This document shows, one piece after another, positions 29,093-38,728 of a stretch of 64,000 nt of DNA. The stretch covers positions 75,928 to 139,927 of the forward strand of contig JBJHCF010000007.1 of assembly GCA_050506795.1 (NCBI GenBank), in the 5' to 3' direction. How positions within the stretch are numbered: the stretch's first letter is position 1; each line of letters begins with the position of its first letter. Origin of the DNA: Opitutia bacterium (lineage in GTDB: Bacteria; Verrucomicrobiota; Verrucomicrobiia; Opitutales; T3Sed10-336). The notes beneath the pieces are model-generated. The model was not told the DNA's origin. It was given only the letters and a program-made list of their open reading frames with translations, and did not search any database. Made by a program: the position numbers and the translations under genes.

Positions 29093-29644
29093 ATGGCAAA
29101 GAAGAGCACTCGAAGCACCACAAAATCGACCACCGAGAGCAGCAGCAAAGACGCGGCGGCCAAAAAAACCGCTCCGGTGAAAAAGAAGGTTGCAACCGCC
29201 AAGAAGGCCACCCGGAAGACAGTTCCGGCCAAGGCTCCTGTTACGGCGCCGACTCCGGCCGCCAAGACCGTTCGTTCCCAGCCCAAACAGGCAACCGCTT
29301 CGACACCGGCGGCCCAAGTCGCTCCCGCTCAACCCAAACAGGCGACTCCATCGGCTTCGCCGTCCCTGGCCGCTCCCGCCGAACCGAAAGCGGCGACCAC
29401 CCTCAGTGCCAAGGTGGACATCGGCTTCGGCAACATGCTCTACATTCGCGGCGAGGGTCCCGGTCTCAACTGGAACCGGGGTGTGCCGATGGACTGTGTG
29501 GCGGCTGACGAGTGGGTTTGGAGCACCAAATCCGCCAGATCCTCCTTTTCCTGCAAGGTCCTGATCAACGACGAAATCTGGTCCACCGGCGACGACTTTG
29601 TGGTTCCTCCCGGCGAGCGACTGGTGTGTTACCCGTCGTTCTGA
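29093..29644 (+). CDS. Protein with a Lys/Ala/Thr/Pro-rich histone-H1-like N-terminus and a C-terminal CBM20-like beta domain
   Basis: KKTAPVKKKVATAKK low-complexity region; GFGNMLYIRG..GLNW..G.PM...W...K.LIND..W. Confidence 0.75.
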   Translation: MAKKSTRSTTKSTTESSSKDAAAKKTAPVKKKVATAKKATRKTVPAKAPVTAPTPAAKTVRSQPKQATASTPAAQVAPAQPKQATPSASPSLAAPAEPKAATTLSAKVDIGFGNMLYIRGEGPGLNWNRGVPMDCVAADEWVWSTKSARSSFSCKVLINDEIWSTGDDFVVPPGERLVCYPSF

Positions 29645-29848
29645 TTTTGAGCGAAAGCGCCGGGCATTACCGCAATCGACCCCCGGCGGTGCGGCAATTC
29701 AGCGTCCCTCGGGCAGTCGTGTCCGGCCATGATTCCGTGCGGGTATATCCCGGGATGCCCCCGTCGTTCAAACGCGCCGTTCCGGACTCTCGGTATTCGG
29801 CTATTCTTCGCCCATTTTTGCTTTACCTGGGATTTTGATTTCCGCCTA

Positions 29849-30394
29849 ATGGCCAGCATGCCGCCAGCCACGACCATCGGATCCCGCGAGATCAGTGAAG
29901 CAATCGAAAAAATGGCTGACGCCATCGCCCAGGCGCACCGGGAAACTGAGAAATTGGGTATCCTCGGACTGGCCGACGGCGGCATCGCTCTCAGTCGCAG
30001 GCTGGCCGATCGCTTGGCCAAAAAACTCGGCCGGGACGTGCCTTGCGGGGTCATCGACATTTCCTTTCACCGCGACGATATTTCGACCAACCCTATCCCC
30101 AAAGCGTCCAATCCCACCTCGATTCCCTTCGATATCGAAGAAGCGACCGTGATTCTCGCCGACGACGTGTTGTCCACCGGACGCAGCCTGCGCGCTGCCA
30201 TCAACGAAATCTTCGACCAGGGACGACCGGCTCGCCTGCAGTCGGCGGCGCTTTTTGACCGGGGCGGGCGTCTGCTGCCGCTGCGGGCGGACTTTGCCGG
30301 TTTCGTGAAAGAGGTACCCGCATCGAGAAAAGTTGATGTGCGCCTTTCGGCAGACGAACCCTCCGCGGATGAAATCCGGATCGCGGAGCTTTGA
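29849..30394 (+). CDS. pyrR: Pyrimidine operon regulator/uracil phosphoribosyltransferase
   Basis: DISFHRDD, LADDVLSTGRS PRPP motif, DRGGRLLP; precedes pyrB. Confidence 0.88.
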   Translation: MASMPPATTIGSREISEAIEKMADAIAQAHRETEKLGILGLADGGIALSRRLADRLAKKLGRDVPCGVIDISFHRDDISTNPIPKASNPTSIPFDIEEATVILADDVLSTGRSLRAAINEIFDQGRPARLQSAALFDRGGRLLPLRADFAGFVKEVPASRKVDVRLSADEPSADEIRIAEL

Positions 30395-30405
30395 CACCAC
30401 AGAGC

Positions 30406-31356
30406 ATGACCTGGACGAAAACACATCTTGTCGGCATTGAGGACCTGACGAAGGAGGAACTGGAAACCATTTTCCGCGTGACCGCCGCCTTCAAGGGCAT
30501 CCTTGGCCGGTCGGTCAAGAAGGTCCCCGCCCTGCGCGGGAAAACCGTCGTCAATCTCTTCCTCGAACCGAGCACCCGCACGCGGGTGGCGTTCGAGGTC
30601 GCCGCCAAGCGGCTGAGCGCCGACGTGGTCACAATCACCGGATCCGCCAGCAGCGTGATCAAAGGCGAAACCCTGCGCGACACCGCACTCAACATCCAGG
30701 CGCTAAATGCCGACATTCTGGTGATCCGTCACACCGCCGCCGGGTCGCCGGCCTACCTTTCCCGCCTGACCCGTATTCCGGTCATCAACGCCGGAGACGG
30801 CGCGCATGAGCATCCCACCCAGGCGCTCCTGGACTGTTTCACCATGCGGGAACACCTGGGAGATCTGAAAGGCAAAAAGGTCACCATCCTGGGAGACATT
30901 CTCTTCAGCCGCGTGGCCCGCTCAAACATCTGGGCGCTGACCAAACTGGGGGCGGATGTCACCGTGGCGGGCCCGTCCACGCTCGTCCCGGAAACCTTCG
31001 CCCGCTTCGGGGTCACTGTCTCGCACGACCTTCGATCCGCTCTGGCGGAAGCCGACGTTGTCATGTTGCTGCGGATACAGCATGAACGGCAGTCGAGCAC
31101 GCACTTTCCGTCACTGGGAGAATACACCAGCATGTTCGGGTTGAATAAAACCCGGGCGTCGTGGTTGAAACCGGAGGCGATCATCATGCACCCCGGCCCC
31201 ATCAATCGCGGAGTGGAAATCGATTCCGAACTGGCCGACTCCGGCCGTTCGGTGATCCTGCAGCAGGTCACCAACGGAATCGCGGCACGAATGGCGGTCT
31301 TATACCTTTGCTCCGGCGGCTCGCCGGAAGTGCTCGGAGAAAACGAAGATGGATAA
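30406..31356 (+). CDS. pyrB: Aspartate carbamoyltransferase catalytic subunit
   Basis: EPSTRTR, NAGDGAHEHPTQ, HPGP. Confidence 0.96.
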   Translation: MTWTKTHLVGIEDLTKEELETIFRVTAAFKGILGRSVKKVPALRGKTVVNLFLEPSTRTRVAFEVAAKRLSADVVTITGSASSVIKGETLRDTALNIQALNADILVIRHTAAGSPAYLSRLTRIPVINAGDGAHEHPTQALLDCFTMREHLGDLKGKKVTILGDILFSRVARSNIWALTKLGADVTVAGPSTLVPETFARFGVTVSHDLRSALAEADVVMLLRIQHERQSSTHFPSLGEYTSMFGLNKTRASWLKPEAIIMHPGPINRGVEIDSELADSGRSVILQQVTNGIAARMAVLYLCSGGSPEVLGENEDG

Positions 31357-32653
31357 ACGGGCGATCTGGATCAGGAACGGGCGGGTGATCGATCCGGCTT
31401 CCGGACGGGACGAAGTCGGCGATGTGTTTGTCGCCGGCGGAATCATCCGGGACCGTTTGACACCGGCGCAACAAAAAGACGTGCACGAAATTGATGCCTC
31501 GGGTCTCGTGGTTTGCCCGGGGCTGGTCGATATTCACGTACATCTGCGCGAACCGGGGCAGACCCACAAGGAGACCATCGGCACCGGCAGCCGGGCGGCG
31601 GCGGCCGGGGGTTTCACCACCATTGTCTGCATGCCCAACACCTCGCCGCCCGCCGACAATGCGGGGACGATTCAGTACATCCTGGACACCATTCGCCGCG
31701 ACGCGGTGGTGAACGTTTTCCCCACCGGCTGCATCACCGAAAAAATGGAAGGCCAAAACCTGGCCCCGATCGGTTCCCTGAAGCGCGCGGGCGTAGTGGC
31801 GATCACGGATGATGGTCTTTGTGTGCAGGACAATGAAATCATGCGCCGGGCGGTGGAGTACGCCGACATGTTCGGATTGCTGGTGATGGACCATTGCCAG
31901 GACGGCGCCCTCACCCGCAACGCGGTGATGAACGAAGGCTACTGGTCGATGCACCTGGGATTGAAGGGCTGGCCCGGAGCAGCGGAGGATGTCATTGTCT
32001 CGCGCAACGTCATCCTTTCGACCCTGACCGGCGCACGAATCCATTGCCAGCACATCAGCTCGGCGAACGCGGTGGATATCATTCGTCGGGCCAAGCAGCG
32101 CGGCGTCTCGATCACCGCGGAAGCCTGTCCCCACCATCTTGCACTCACCGACGCCGAACTGAAAAGCTACGACACCCATTTCAAAATGAACCCGCCGCTG
32201 CGAACCGAGGAGGACCGCAAGGCGCTCATCGAAGGCATCAAAGACGGCACCCTGGATTGCGTGGCCACCGACCACGCGCCCCACACCGATTACGAGAAAG
32301 ACCAGGAGTTCGACTACGCGCCGTTTGGCATCATCGGCCTGGAAACCGCACTGGCGGTCACCCTGGAGTCCCTGTACCACAGCGGCGAACTCTCGCTGCC
32401 AAACACGCTCGACCTGCTGACCCGCAAACCGGCGAACATCGTTCGGCTGGAAAAAGGCACCCTGGCCAAAGGAGCCGACGCGGACATCACCCTTTTCGAC
32501 CCCGACGAAACGTGGGAGGTGGACCCGACCCGCTTTTTCAGCAAATCCGCCAATTCTCCCTGGAACTACCGGTCTCTGAAGGGACGGGTGAAGACCACGA
32601 TCGTCGGAGGAAAAATCGTCTACCACAACGGGAAAATCCCTGACGATGGCTGA
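31349..32653 (+). CDS. pyrC: Dihydroorotase
   Basis: DIHVHLREPG, MPNT, KMNPPLR, TDHAPH. Confidence 0.95.
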   Translation: MDKRAIWIRNGRVIDPASGRDEVGDVFVAGGIIRDRLTPAQQKDVHEIDASGLVVCPGLVDIHVHLREPGQTHKETIGTGSRAAAAGGFTTIVCMPNTSPPADNAGTIQYILDTIRRDAVVNVFPTGCITEKMEGQNLAPIGSLKRAGVVAITDDGLCVQDNEIMRRAVEYADMFGLLVMDHCQDGALTRNAVMNEGYWSMHLGLKGWPGAAEDVIVSRNVILSTLTGARIHCQHISSANAVDIIRRAKQRGVSITAEACPHHLALTDAELKSYDTHFKMNPPLRTEEDRKALIEGIKDGTLDCVATDHAPHTDYEKDQEFDYAPFGIIGLETALAVTLESLYHSGELSLPNTLDLLTRKPANIVRLEKGTLAKGADADITLFDPDETWEVDPTRFFSKSANSPWNYRSLKGRVKTTIVGGKIVYHNGKIPDDG

Positions 32654-33479
32654 AGATCCGCCGTTCATCGTCGGCGTTTACGCGACTTTTCTGCTCCTCG
32701 GAGGTCTTGTCGCGTTGCTGCATTGCATGCACCGCCGCCTTTTTCTGCTTGCGGAAACCCGGGTGCCGATCTGGAGAATCTCCCCTGGTGATTTCAGCGC
32801 CTTCGTCGGGGCACTGATCCTGGTTTTTGTGTTGGTGCAATTGATCCTGGCAGCCATGTTGCCGGAGACCGCCGCGGAGGAACGGCTTCCGCCCCACCAA
32901 ATGCTGATCGCCGGCGCCCTCAGCCAACTTACCTTCCTGGCGGTCTGGGCATTTTTCCGGTTAAATTTCCCCGAGCGCTTTCGTGGGTCGCTCAGTTCGC
33001 AATCACTGACCTGGAGTCGGGCGGCTGTTCTTGGGGTATATGCGTTCTTCGCTTTCATACCGGTGTTCATGGCGATCAACATCGCCTGGACCGAAGCACT
33101 GCAATTGGTGCTACCCGAAGCGCTTCGACAACAGGAAATGGTTGTCATCCTGCGGGAGAGTCAATCGGTTGCGTTGCTGACCGGACTCTTTTTTCTGCTC
33201 GTCATTCTGGCGCCGGTCGCCGAAGAAATTATCTTTCGCGGCTGCCTCTACCGTTTCCTTAAAGGCACCATGTCGATGACCGGCGCCGTTCTGCTTTCGT
33301 CGCTCCTGTTCGGCGCCATTCACCTGCACCTGGCCGGCCTGCCGGTTCTGATCGCCTTCGGCGCCGTCCTCTGCCTGGTTTACGAACGCACCGGCAGCCT
33401 CAAGGCGCCCATTTTGCTGCACTCGTTTTTCAATCTTAATACCTTCGTGATCACGGTCATGCAATCGACCTTCCAGTAG
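32646..33479 (+). CDS. CPBP (CAAX/Abi) intramembrane glutamic endopeptidase
   Basis: EEIIFRG, FGAIH, HSFFN; TM helices. Confidence 0.9.
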   Translation: MAEDPPFIVGVYATFLLLGGLVALLHCMHRRLFLLAETRVPIWRISPGDFSAFVGALILVFVLVQLILAAMLPETAAEERLPPHQMLIAGALSQLTFLAVWAFFRLNFPERFRGSLSSQSLTWSRAAVLGVYAFFAFIPVFMAINIAWTEALQLVLPEALRQQEMVVILRESQSVALLTGLFFLLVILAPVAEEIIFRGCLYRFLKGTMSMTGAVLLSSLLFGAIHLHLAGLPVLIAFGAVLCLVYERTGSLKAPILLHSFFNLNTFVITVMQSTFQ

Positions 33480-33591
33480 CGTGCCGTCCGCGTCCAAACG
33501 GGTATGAAGAAAATCCTCATTGAACGGCCGTCCGATCCCGCAATGATGTGGGGGGTGATCGCCCGGACAAACCTGGCGCGACCGCTGGCAC

Positions 33592-34602
33592 ATGACATTT
33601 ACGGAACTGGCATTCTCCACCGATGGACGGATTGATCGGGCCACCTTCTGGAAAACCCTGGTGGTTCTGATTCTAATCGGCTGGATCGGCTACCTGCTTG
33701 CTTTTCAAGCCGGCGGCTGGGCGCAACCGATCGGATTCCTGGTACTCGCCGCTTTGATAGGGCCGATCGTGACCGTCTGCGCCAAACGCTGGCACGATCT
33801 CGGCCGCTCCGCCTGGTGGGTATTGCTTTTGCTGGCGCCCGGGATCGGACTGCTGATCACCCTGGCGATCCTCGGCTTCCGGGCGGGTGAAAACGGTCCC
33901 AATGATTTCGGCTACCCGATGGCCGCCGAGGATCGACATCCCGGCCGGAGGACGGGCGGAACCACATGGCGTCCGGAAACCCGCCTCCTTTCGGAAGGGG
34001 AGGCGGACCTGATGGCCATGCTGGCCAAGCTGGCCAAATGCGACGGCCCGATCACCCCGGCGGAAATCGGCACGGTAAATCGTTTTCTGCATGAGGACCT
34101 CGCCCTGGGAAACGAAGCGTGCCAGGAAGCGATCCGCACCTTCCGCATGGCCCGGGATTCCCACGCCACTTTCGAAATCCACCTCCGTCGCTATCAAAGG
34201 CGACACGCCGAAGACCCCCACCTCCTGGCCAGGGCGGTGGATCTGCTTTCCCTGCTTGCCGTGTCCGACGGCAGGTTGACGCGGCGCGAAGCGCTTTTTC
34301 TGGATCTGGCGGTGGCGGTTTTCGGGGTCAGCAGCGCCCGGTATTTCGAATGCAAGTACGGCGAACCCGGGCCGCGCGTCGACGCCACCACAGTCCCGGA
34401 GGAAAAGGAATTCGCCCGCACCCTCGGACTGAGCGGCCGGGTCTCGCGCGGAGAAATTCGCAAAGCCTACCGGGGTCTCGTCGGTCAATATCATCCGGAC
34501 AAGGTCTCCCACCTCGGACCCCGGTTGAAAGAAGTCGCCGACCAGGAGATCAAAAAGATCAACCAGGCCTACGAGTATTTCCGGAAAAAATACGACCTGT
34601 AA
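33592..34602 (+). CDS. DUF805-TerB-DnaJ fusion (DjlA-like co-chaperone)
   Basis: GRIDR..FW and KRWHDLGRS (DUF805); LAKLAKCDG (TerB-like); YHPDK J-domain. Confidence 0.85.
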   Translation: MTFTELAFSTDGRIDRATFWKTLVVLILIGWIGYLLAFQAGGWAQPIGFLVLAALIGPIVTVCAKRWHDLGRSAWWVLLLLAPGIGLLITLAILGFRAGENGPNDFGYPMAAEDRHPGRRTGGTTWRPETRLLSEGEADLMAMLAKLAKCDGPITPAEIGTVNRFLHEDLALGNEACQEAIRTFRMARDSHATFEIHLRRYQRRHAEDPHLLARAVDLLSLLAVSDGRLTRREALFLDLAVAVFGVSSARYFECKYGEPGPRVDATTVPEEKEFARTLGLSGRVSRGEIRKAYRGLVGQYHPDKVSHLGPRLKEVADQEIKKINQAYEYFRKKYDL

Positions 34603-34664
34603 GATTGGTGTGGGATGCAGGCGGGGCCAACGGACCGCCGGGTTCGCCCTCCGCGCCGCGGTCC

Positions 34665-34701
34665 AAAAAAATGCCGCCCGGCGCCGAATGGGCCGGGCGG
34701 C
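34665..34701 (-). terminator. Intrinsic terminator of the hsp20 pair
   Basis: GCCGCCCGGC/GCCGGGCGGC stem followed by a T-run on the minus strand. Confidence 0.65.
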
Positions 34702-34766
34702 TCGTCACTTCTCTCTTCCTTTGTCCCCCGAAGCAGCCTGCCTTCAGGGGACGGTTACGGATTGCA

Positions 34767-35171
34767 TTATTCGATCTTGATCTTGCGGCGCTGAGCCTGT
34801 TTGCCCTTCGGAAGGGTCAGGCGCAGCACGCCGTCCTTCAACTGGGCATGGACCTTTTCGGTTTCCAGCCCTTCCGGCAGACTCAGGTGCAGCCTGTAGT
34901 CCACGTCCGCGGTTTCAGACCAAACGGGAGTCCAATCGTCGGGTTTTTTCCAGGAACGAGCTGCGGTCAGCACCAGTTCCCGCCCCTCCACCGAGAGATT
35001 CAGGTCATCCCTGCGCACGCCGGGCAGGAGAATTTCCAGCCCGAACGCGTCGTCTGATTCCTTAATCTCATAATCGGGAGCAATCACCAGACGCTCGGTC
35101 ACGCCGCGATTCACTGGACGGGCTGCCAACTGTTCGTCCGGACGCGGTATCAGCTTTTTTCCAAAGGCCAT
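34767..35171 (-). CDS. Hsp20/alpha-crystallin small heat-shock protein
   Basis: LPGV...L, A.LKDGVLRLTLPK. Confidence 0.9.
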   Translation of the reverse strand: MAFGKKLIPRPDEQLAARPVNRGVTERLVIAPDYEIKESDDAFGLEILLPGVRRDDLNLSVEGRELVLTAARSWKKPDDWTPVWSETADVDYRLHLSLPEGLETEKVHAQLKDGVLRLTLPKGKQAQRRKIKIE

Positions 35172-35206
35172 AACGTTTCCCTCCTTTCGAAGTTGGATGT
35201 TTTGCT

Positions 35207-35686
35207 TTATTTGCCTTCTTCAATCATCACCCGCCGGGCTCGAGCTTCCTCTCGCTTGGGCAGAGTGACGGTCAAGACGCCGTCCTCGTACGCGGCCTTC
35301 ACATGGTCTTCCGCAATCGCTTCCGGCAGACGCACGCTGCGGCGGACTTCGAAGGAACGCTCTTCCTCGCCGTCATCACCAAAACCCCGGCGAGATCCGG
35401 AGACCGTTAGGATGCCACGTTCCATTTCGACATTGATGGCGTCCTTTTCCATGCCCGGAAGATCCATCCGCACATAGAAGTTTTCACCGTCCTCGTAAAG
35501 GTCGGTGGCCGGGCGCCCCGACAGCAAACGATCACTCCGATAGCCGAAGAAATCGTCGTCGAAAGCAGAATTAAACAACCGGTCGAAATTCCGGGCCCAA
35601 TCGCTCAACCGCGGCCAACCGCTGTGAAAGAACGGGTCGCGATGGGAAAACAAGGCTCCGGGCAGATTGCTCTCAATCAGTCTCAT
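35207..35686 (-). CDS. Hsp20/alpha-crystallin small heat-shock protein
   Basis: PATDLYE, DLPGM, AAYEDGVLTVTLPK; GGAGG RBS upstream. Confidence 0.92.
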   Translation of the reverse strand: MRLIESNLPGALFSHRDPFFHSGWPRLSDWARNFDRLFNSAFDDDFFGYRSDRLLSGRPATDLYEDGENFYVRMDLPGMEKDAINVEMERGILTVSGSRRGFGDDGEEERSFEVRRSVRLPEAIAEDHVKAAYEDGVLTVTLPKREEARARRVMIEEGK

Positions 35687-35763
35687 AAACAAACACCTCC
35701 TTTCGCATGAGTTTAATGGTCTGATTCGGGCTCACCACCAATTGGCAAACCCACTTAATAAAA

Positions 35764-35780
35764 AGCTTATGGCATGCCAG
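35764..35780 (-). promoter_or_regulatory. Candidate sigma-54 (-24/-12) promoter for hsp20
   Basis: Minus strand CTGGCATGCCATAAGCT fits TGGCA with GG-N10-GC spacing. Confidence 0.5.
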
Positions 35781-35898
35781 AGAACTGATTTCACAGGTGA
35801 CTGAGATTCGCCAACTTGCGAAACCGGTCCAGGCGCGCCTTGGAGCGGTTTGACACACCAAATCCCATACGCAGTGTCAAGATGACTCAAAGGACTCA

Positions 35899-35940
35899 GG
35901 TCGGACGGGTCGGTCGGATCGGTCCGATCCGACCGATCCC
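35899..35940. repeat. TCGG/CCGA periodic palindrome
   Basis: TCGGTCGGATCGG-T-CCGATCCGACCGA with 13-bp perfect arms. Confidence 0.7.
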
Positions 35941-35996
35941 TCTTCCCCCCTGCGAGCTTGACGCCCGGCGTCGATTGGGGATTGGATAACCCGCTT

Positions 35997-37508
35997 ATGG
36001 CAAGCCAGTCCGCATCCGCTTCGTCTCCCACCATGGAAACCATCGTGGCTCTGTGCCGCCGGCGAGGTTTCATTTTCCAATCGTCGGAAATCTACGGAGG
36101 GGCGAACGGTTTTTTTGATTACGGACCGCTGGGCGCGGAGCTGCGGCGCAACATCAAAGAAGCCTGGTGGAAGGACTTCGTGCAGCGGCGCGACGACATC
36201 GTCGGCCTCGACTCCTCCATCATTCACCATCCAAAAACCTGGGAAGCTTCCGGCCACGTGGACAACTTCACCGACCCCCTGGTCGACTGCAAGGCCTCCA
36301 AGCAGCGCTTTCGGGCGGACCAGTTGTTCTTCGCGCCGGTGGTGGTGAACGGGGAAATCATCGGCTACGTCTCCGGCCTGGAAAGCGACCGCACGGAAAG
36401 CGAGTTGCAGGCGGCGGCGGAGAAACTGAAACGCAAGAAGGCCGTGCAGGGAGAGCTGGAACCCCTGCGCTTACGGGACTTTACCGAGGCGACTCCCGAG
36501 GAGATTCCACTGGTTCCTTCGCCCGCCACCGGCGAGCCCGGGAGCCTGACGCCCCCGCGATCGTTCAACATGATGTTCGAGACCCACATCGGGGCGTTGC
36601 GGGACGGCTCCTCCGTGGCCTACCTGCGTCCGGAAACGGCCCAGGGCATCTTCATCAATTTCCGCAACGTGGTGGATTCCGGCCGGGTCAAAATTCCCTT
36701 CGGCATCGCCCAGATCGGCAAAGCCTTCCGCAACGAAATCAATCCGCGAAACTTCATCTTCCGGTCGCGGGAATTCGAGCAGATGGAAATCGAGTATTTC
36801 ATCGCTCCGGACGACAACTGGCAGGCACGCCACCGCGAGTGGATTGACGCCGGCGTCGAATGGCTCGAGTCCATCGGCATCCCCCGGCAGGCCATCAGCG
36901 AATACGAGCACCCCAGGGAGAAACTTTCCCACTATTCCAAAGGGACGGTGGACCTCATGTTCGCGTTTCCCTTCGGCGTGCAGGAACTTTGGGGGTTCGC
37001 CGCCCGGGGAGACTACGATTTAACCCAGCATCAGAAATTCAGCGGCAAACCGATGGAGATCTTCGACGAGGCCTCGAAGAGCAAATTCATCCCTCACGTC
37101 ATCGAACCCAGCGTCGGTGTCGACCGCATTCTCCTCGCCGCCCTTTGCTCCGCCTACGCCGAGGAGGAAGTTGAAGGCGAGAAACGAACCGTGCTGCGTC
37201 TCAGTCCCCGCATCGCCCCGGTGAAAATCGCGGTGTTCCCGTTGGTGAAGAACAAGCCTGAACTGGTGGCTGCCGCGGAAAACCTTTATCGTTCGTTGCA
37301 GAGAAAGTACGCCGCGTTCTGGGATACCTCCGGCGCCATCGGAAGGCGCTACCGGCGTATGGATGAAATTGGGACGCCGTTCTGCGTGACCGTCGATTTC
37401 CAGACCCTGGAGGACGGAACCTTCACTCTGCGCGACCGGGACAGCATGGAGCAGAAACGCATTCGCAACGAGGAGCTTTTCCCGCTATTGGAGGACGCGG
37501 TGGATTGA
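35997..37508 (+). CDS. glyQS: Glycine--tRNA ligase (alpha2 type)
   Basis: [44 protein letters not shown]. Confidence 0.96.
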   Translation: MASQSASASSPTMETIVALCRRRGFIFQSSEIYGGANGFFDYGPLGAELRRNIKEAWWKDFVQRRDDIVGLDSSIIHHPKTWEASGHVDNFTDPLVDCKASKQRFRADQLFFAPVVVNGEIIGYVSGLESDRTESELQAAAEKLKRKKAVQGELEPLRLRDFTEATPEEIPLVPSPATGEPGSLTPPRSFNMMFETHIGALRDGSSVAYLRPETAQGIFINFRNVVDSGRVKIPFGIAQIGKAFRNEINPRNFIFRSREFEQMEIEYFIAPDDNWQARHREWIDAGVEWLESIGIPRQAISEYEHPREKLSHYSKGTVDLMFAFPFGVQELWGFAARGDYDLTQHQKFSGKPMEIFDEASKSKFIPHVIEPSVGVDRILLAALCSAYAEEEVEGEKRTVLRLSPRIAPVKIAVFPLVKNKPELVAAAENLYRSLQRKYAAFWDTSGAIGRRYRRMDEIGTPFCVTVDFQTLEDGTFTLRDRDSMEQKRIRNEELFPLLEDAVD

Positions 37509-37816
37509 ATTCCCGGAACCGGAATTCAGTCCTTCACCGGTCGGTGTGACAAATTCACATTATTTTTAACCCGCGCCTTCCGGCGCCGTTCGGGCCCTCC
37601 AAGGCTGGAAGGCGCTTAATCAAAGGGACGTGAGACACACGACCCCGCTGAACCGAACGTAATCGCGGCCCGCCGGGATCCCGCTTTCCACTTGACCGGA
37701 AAGCAAGTGTTCGTGAAGCTTTTGACCTGTATCGGGATCCCGAACACCCGTTGCTTCGAGCTGCGGGAGTCTTTGTCGGCCCACGATTCCGGGCAGAGAT
37801 ATTTCTACACTCTCAG

Positions 37817-38707
37817 ATGGCGCGTAAAATCAGCTTCCTCAATTATAAGGGCGGGGTGGGGAAAACCTCCCTGATTGTCAATCTCGCCTCTTGTCTGGCA
37901 ATGCAGGGCAAGCGGGTCCTTCTTTGCGATTTGGACACCCAATCCAACGCCAGCATTTGGCTCTTGCGCCTCGATCGCTGGAACAAAATCAACAGTTCCG
38001 GAGAAGGGGCGGTTTATTCCATCTTCAATCCGGGCAACGCTACCCTGGCCGACTGCCTGGTTCGCGACGTGGCGGAGGACAAAAACGGCGACAAGCTCAT
38101 TCCGGGGCTCGATCTGATTCCGACCACTTTCAACCTGGTGGATCTGGAAAGCGACCTGGAAAGCGGGAACCCTGAGCAACCCCCGTACTCGATTTTCCAC
38201 GAGCAACTTCAAGCGCTGGAAGACCATTACGATTACATACTCTTCGACTGCCCGCCGAATATTCTGCGCGCATCCCAATGCGGTGTCTACAGCAGCAACG
38301 AAATCTACGTGCCCGCAAACCCCGACGCCCTGAGCCTGGTCGGATTCACTCTTCTGGTGGAAAAGTTACAGAAATTCCACCGCGCTTCCGCCAGCTTTCG
38401 CACCAGCGGCATGGGAGTCCCGGCCGAGATCCGCGGGATTATCTTCAATTCGATCAAGGGCAACGTGGATATCGAAGTCCCCAAAATCCGAATGCAACTT
38501 CGGTTGAACCAGTTCCGAGCCCAGAAGAAGGTATCCGCCCAGGCCAAGATTTTCAGCGCCCAGGTTCGCGACGCCAACATCGTCCGGCGCGCCGTCACCC
38601 TGGGCCTTCCGGTGGCGCTGGTCGGCGAACAACGCACCGACGCCGAAAGCGTCGTCACTGATTATCAGGAAGTCGCCCAGGAACTCATCCGGCACGAACC
38701 CAATTAA
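37817..38707 (+). CDS. ParA/Soj family ATPase
   Basis: NYKGGVGKTS deviant Walker A, DLDTQSNAS, FDCPP. Confidence 0.9.
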   Translation: MARKISFLNYKGGVGKTSLIVNLASCLAMQGKRVLLCDLDTQSNASIWLLRLDRWNKINSSGEGAVYSIFNPGNATLADCLVRDVAEDKNGDKLIPGLDLIPTTFNLVDLESDLESGNPEQPPYSIFHEQLQALEDHYDYILFDCPPNILRASQCGVYSSNEIYVPANPDALSLVGFTLLVEKLQKFHRASASFRTSGMGVPAEIRGIIFNSIKGNVDIEVPKIRMQLRLNQFRAQKKVSAQAKIFSAQVRDANIVRRAVTLGLPVALVGEQRTDAESVVTDYQEVAQELIRHEPN

Positions 38708-38728
38708 CCCGCCACGCCCAAACGTACC

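Noticed and set aside
29645..29848. PyrR attenuator upstream of pyrR
   Set aside because: No AGUCCAGAGAGGCU-type binding loop or clear terminator was found.
37545..37559. TGTGA...TCACA, CRP-like site
   Set aside because: The spacer is 5 bp rather than 6.
37510..37816. Hairpin-rich glyQS-parA spacer as a riboswitch or 6S RNA
   Set aside because: No recognisable conserved motif; an Rfam/Infernal scan is needed to decide.
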